This document shows positions 61,222 to 64,000 of a stretch of 64,000 bases of DNA, piece by piece; positions within the stretch are counted from its first letter, which is position 1; each line of letters starts with the position of its first letter. Source of the stretch: an uncultured delta proteobacterium (lineage in GTDB: Bacteria > Desulfobacterota > Desulfobaccia > Desulfobaccales > 0-14-0-80-60-11); contig OY969108.1 in NCBI GenBank assembly GCA_963697965.1, positions 1,055,997 through 1,119,996 on the forward strand, written 5' to 3'. The position numbers and the translations under genes were made by a program. A model generated the notes under the pieces. That model was not told the origin of the DNA, made no database searches, and saw nothing but the letters and a program-made list of their open reading frames with translations.

Positions 61222-63888
61222 TTACCCCATCAATTCCTTAATCCGCTCCCGGTGGTTTTTGAGTTTGGTGAGTTTTTCGGTCCAGGCGGTGAGCTTTTCT
61301 TTTTCTTTCTGGACCACGTGGGCCGGGGCCTTGCCGAGGAAATCCTCATTGCTCAGTTTGCGTTGGGCTGCCGTCAGGTCTTTTCCCAGTTTCTCGATTT
61401 CCCGGCTGAGGCGGCGTTCTTCCTCGGTAAAGTCGATGATCCCGGCCAGGGGCAGGTAGATGTCCACATCACCCACAACCGCTCTGGCTGCAGAGGAAGG
61501 CGGTCCGGAAGCGTCGTTAAAGTGAAGGTCTGCAACCTTTGCCAATAGGGAGATCGATTGCCGGTGTTTGTGCAAACCCTGGATGGCTTGAGCGTCCGGG
61601 CTATGGATGTAGGCCTGCACCTGCACCGCAGGAGGAACATTCATTTCCGCTCTTAAGTTGCGAATAGCAATAATGCAACCCATTACCCCGGCCAGTTCGG
61701 CTTCGGCGTGAGGGTTGATTAGGGCTGCATCCGCCTCGGGGTAAGGCGCCGCCATGATGGAGTCCTGGGTCCCGGGCAGTTTCTGCCAGATCTCCTCGGT
61801 GATAAAGGGCATGAAGGGATGGAGCAGCCTTAGTACGGCGCTCAGGAGGCCCAGCAGGACCCCCTGGCAGTGGCGGCGGGCTGCCAGGTTTTCTTTATCA
61901 TAGAGCTGGGGCTTGATAAGCTCCAGGTACCAGTCGCAGAACTCGTGCCAGATGAACTGGTAAAGGCTGTTGGCCGCCTGGTCGAACTCGTAAGCGTCCA
62001 GGCGGGTCCGGGTCTCCTGGGAGACCCGCTGCAGGCGGCTTAAGATCCAGGCCTCCTCCGCCCGCAAAGGGGTTGGGCCGGTCTCATCCGGGGGACCGGC
62101 AGGGTCGTAGTCCTCCAGGTTCATCAAGGTGAAGCGGGAGGCGTTCCACACCTTGTTGGCGAAGTTGCGGTAGCCGGCGATGCGCTCCTCGGAGAGGCGC
62201 ACGTCCCGGCCCATGGCCGCGAAAGCCGCCAGGGAAAAGCGGAAGGCGTCGGTGCCGTAGGATTCCATCAGGTCCAGGGGGTCGATAACGTTGCCCTTGG
62301 ATTTGCTCATCTTCTGGCCTTCCGGGTCCCGCACCAGGGCGTGGATATATACCTCCCGGAAGGGAACCTCCCCCATGAAATGAATCCCCATCATCATCAT
62401 CCGGGCTACCCAAAAAAAGAGAATATCGAAGGCGGTAACCAGAACGCTGGTGGGGTAGAAGATTTTCAGCTCCGGGGTGGCATCCGGCCAGCCCAGGGTG
62501 GAGAAGGGCCACAGGGCCGAGGAGAACCAGGTGTCCAGGACGTCGGTCTCCTGGGCCAGTTCGGCGCCGCCGCATTGGGGGCACTGAGTGGGATCCTCCC
62601 GGCTGACTATGATTTGTCCGCAATTCTTACAGGTCCAGGCGGGAATGCGATGGCCCCACCAGATCTGCCGGGAGATGCACCAGTCCCGGATATTGGTCAT
62701 CCAGTCGAAGTAGCTCTTGTCCCAGTTGGCCGGGATAAGAAGGGTGCGGCCGTCCTGGACCGCTTCCATGGCCGGCTCGGCCAGGGACTTCACCCTCACG
62801 AACCACTGCCGGGAGACCAAAGGCTCGACGATGACCTTGCAGCGGTAGCAATGACCCACCGGAACGACGTAGGGCTCCACCTTCACCAGGAGGCCCAGGC
62901 GCTTCAGGTCCTTGACGATCTGCTCCCGGCAGACGAAGCGGTCCATACCCACGTATTTGGGGCCGGCTTCTTTGGTCATCTTGCCGCCCGGGTCGATGAC
63001 CTGGATGGCCGGGAGTTGATGGCGCCGGGCCACCTCAAAGTCGTTGAAGTCATGGGCTGGGGTGATCTTCAGGGCGCCGGTGCCGAACTCCTGGGAGACG
63101 TAAGAGTCGGTAATTACCGGGATCTCCCGCCCCAGCAGCGGCAGGCGCAGGGTGGCTCCATGGAAGGCCAGATAGCGCTTATCTTCGGGATGGACCGCCA
63201 CCGCGGTGTCGCCCAGCAGGGTCTCGGGCCGGGTGGTGGCCACAGTGAGGTGGTCGCGGCCCTGGGCCAGGGGATAGCGGATATGGTAAAGGTGGCCGTC
63301 GTGGGGATCGTGCTCCACCTCCAGGTCCGCCAGGGCGGTGAGACAGCGGGGGCACCAGTTGATCATGTAGTCGCCCCGGTAGATGAGGCCTTCTTCATAG
63401 AGGCGCACGAAGACCTCGCGCACCGCCCGGGACAGACCCTGATCCAGGGTGAAGCGCTCCCGGCTCCAGTCGCAGGAGCAGCCCAGGCGTTGCAACTGCT
63501 TGATGATCTGCCCGCCGGATTCCGCCTTCCAGCGCCAGACCCGCTCAATAAAGGCCTCCCGGCCCAGGGCGTGGCGGTCGCTGCCCTCCGCGGCGAGCAT
63601 CCGCTCCACCACGTTCTGGGTAGCGATGCCGGCGTGGTCGGTGCCCGGCATCCACAGGACGTCAAAACCCAGCATGCGCTTGTAGCGCACCAATATGTCC
63701 TGCAGGGTATTGTTCAGGGCGTGGCCCATGTGCAGGAGGCCGGTGACGTTGGGGGGCGGGATGACGATGCAGTAAGGAGGTTTGCTGCCGTCGGCCAAGG
63801 CCCGGAACAGCCCCTGCTCTTGCCAATACTGGTACCACTTTTCCTCGATCCGGGAGGGGTCGTAAACCTTGTCGAGAATTTCCGCCAT
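61222..63888 (-). CDS. valS: valine--tRNA ligase
   Basis: It has the HIGH motif PPNVTGLLHMGHAL, the KMSKS motif, and a C-terminal coiled coil. Confidence 0.97.
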   Translation of the reverse strand: MAEILDKVYDPSRIEEKWYQYWQEQGLFRALADGSKPPYCIVIPPPNVTGLLHMGHALNNTLQDILVRYKRMLGFDVLWMPGTDHAGIATQNVVERMLAAEGSDRHALGREAFIERVWRWKAESGGQIIKQLQRLGCSCDWSRERFTLDQGLSRAVREVFVRLYEEGLIYRGDYMINWCPRCLTALADLEVEHDPHDGHLYHIRYPLAQGRDHLTVATTRPETLLGDTAVAVHPEDKRYLAFHGATLRLPLLGREIPVITDSYVSQEFGTGALKITPAHDFNDFEVARRHQLPAIQVIDPGGKMTKEAGPKYVGMDRFVCREQIVKDLKRLGLLVKVEPYVVPVGHCYRCKVIVEPLVSRQWFVRVKSLAEPAMEAVQDGRTLLIPANWDKSYFDWMTNIRDWCISRQIWWGHRIPAWTCKNCGQIIVSREDPTQCPQCGGAELAQETDVLDTWFSSALWPFSTLGWPDATPELKIFYPTSVLVTAFDILFFWVARMMMMGIHFMGEVPFREVYIHALVRDPEGQKMSKSKGNVIDPLDLMESYGTDAFRFSLAAFAAMGRDVRLSEERIAGYRNFANKVWNASRFTLMNLEDYDPAGPPDETGPTPLRAEEAWILSRLQRVSQETRTRLDAYEFDQAANSLYQFIWHEFCDWYLELIKPQLYDKENLAARRHCQGVLLGLLSAVLRLLHPFMPFITEEIWQKLPGTQDSIMAAPYPEADAALINPHAEAELAGVMGCIIAIRNLRAEMNVPPAVQVQAYIHSPDAQAIQGLHKHRQSISLLAKVADLHFNDASGPPSSAARAVVGDVDIYLPLAGIIDFTEEERRLSREIEKLGKDLTAAQRKLSNEDFLGKAPAHVVQKEKEKLTAWTEKLTKLKNHRERIKELMG

Positions 63889-64000
63889 GGTGGTCCTTGT
63901 GGGAGTGTCAGGGAAGGGTGGTAAGGGGCCCGGTAGCCCGGACGTCTCGCGGTGGCAACCCGGTACCCTCTCCCCCGATATCTAACTATTTAATATCATT

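Noticed and set aside
63889-64000. T-box or other leader riboswitch upstream of valS
   Set aside because: Only about 110 nt are available. No specifier-loop/T-box (AGGGUGGNACC-like) sequence or terminator/antiterminator pair is visible.

Overview
This is a 64-kb, high-GC bacterial chromosome segment (by eye low-to-mid 60s % G+C). It is densely coded on both strands and is probably origin-proximal, because it carries dnaA with a long non-coding upstream region, plus rsmG and radA. The gene content suggests an anaerobe of the Thermodesulfobacteriota/deltaproteobacterial type, but that is inference only. That content includes a group-3b-type NiFe hydrogenase operon, a four-subunit 2-oxoacid:ferredoxin oxidoreductase fused into one operon with NuoE/F/G-like modules, CooC, NifU/NifS, and paired family-III CoA-transferases.

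Housekeeping genes recognised with confidence are valS, purA, proC, nadC, pdxA, panE-like, phoU, dnaA, radA and rsmG. A scattered peptidoglycan-recycling set is also present (MurU-like, AmgK-like, NamZ/DUF1343, AmpG-like, MurR/RpiR). So are envelope genes (GT4 x2, GT9, an MBOAT plus SGNH pair, and a second SGNH). The toxin-antitoxin modules are HigBA and a truncated HicB.

I found no rRNA, tRNA, CRISPR array, transposase or integrase.

The most interesting items are these:
1. A sharply AT-rich islet of about 1.45 kb (about 19.9-21.3 kb) holds a two-gene ORFan operon. Its first protein looks like two tandem ribbon-helix-helix units.
2. A six-gene, fully translationally coupled operon joins OFOR to NuoEF-like and truncated NuoG-like genes.
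3. A stand-alone cNMP-binding gene is embedded in the hydrogenase operon.
4. A lower-GC catabolic block carries two family-III CoA-transferases and three small Cys-rich ORFs.
5. A family of GTAG-headed REP-like hairpins is present, including a 211-bp MITE/BIME-like element abutting the radA stop.
6. Heptanucleotide GTTCAA repeats sit next to envelope genes.
7. Four clean single-base frameshifts and one in-frame TGA interrupt otherwise well-conserved genes. These may be assembly error, but that needs checking.
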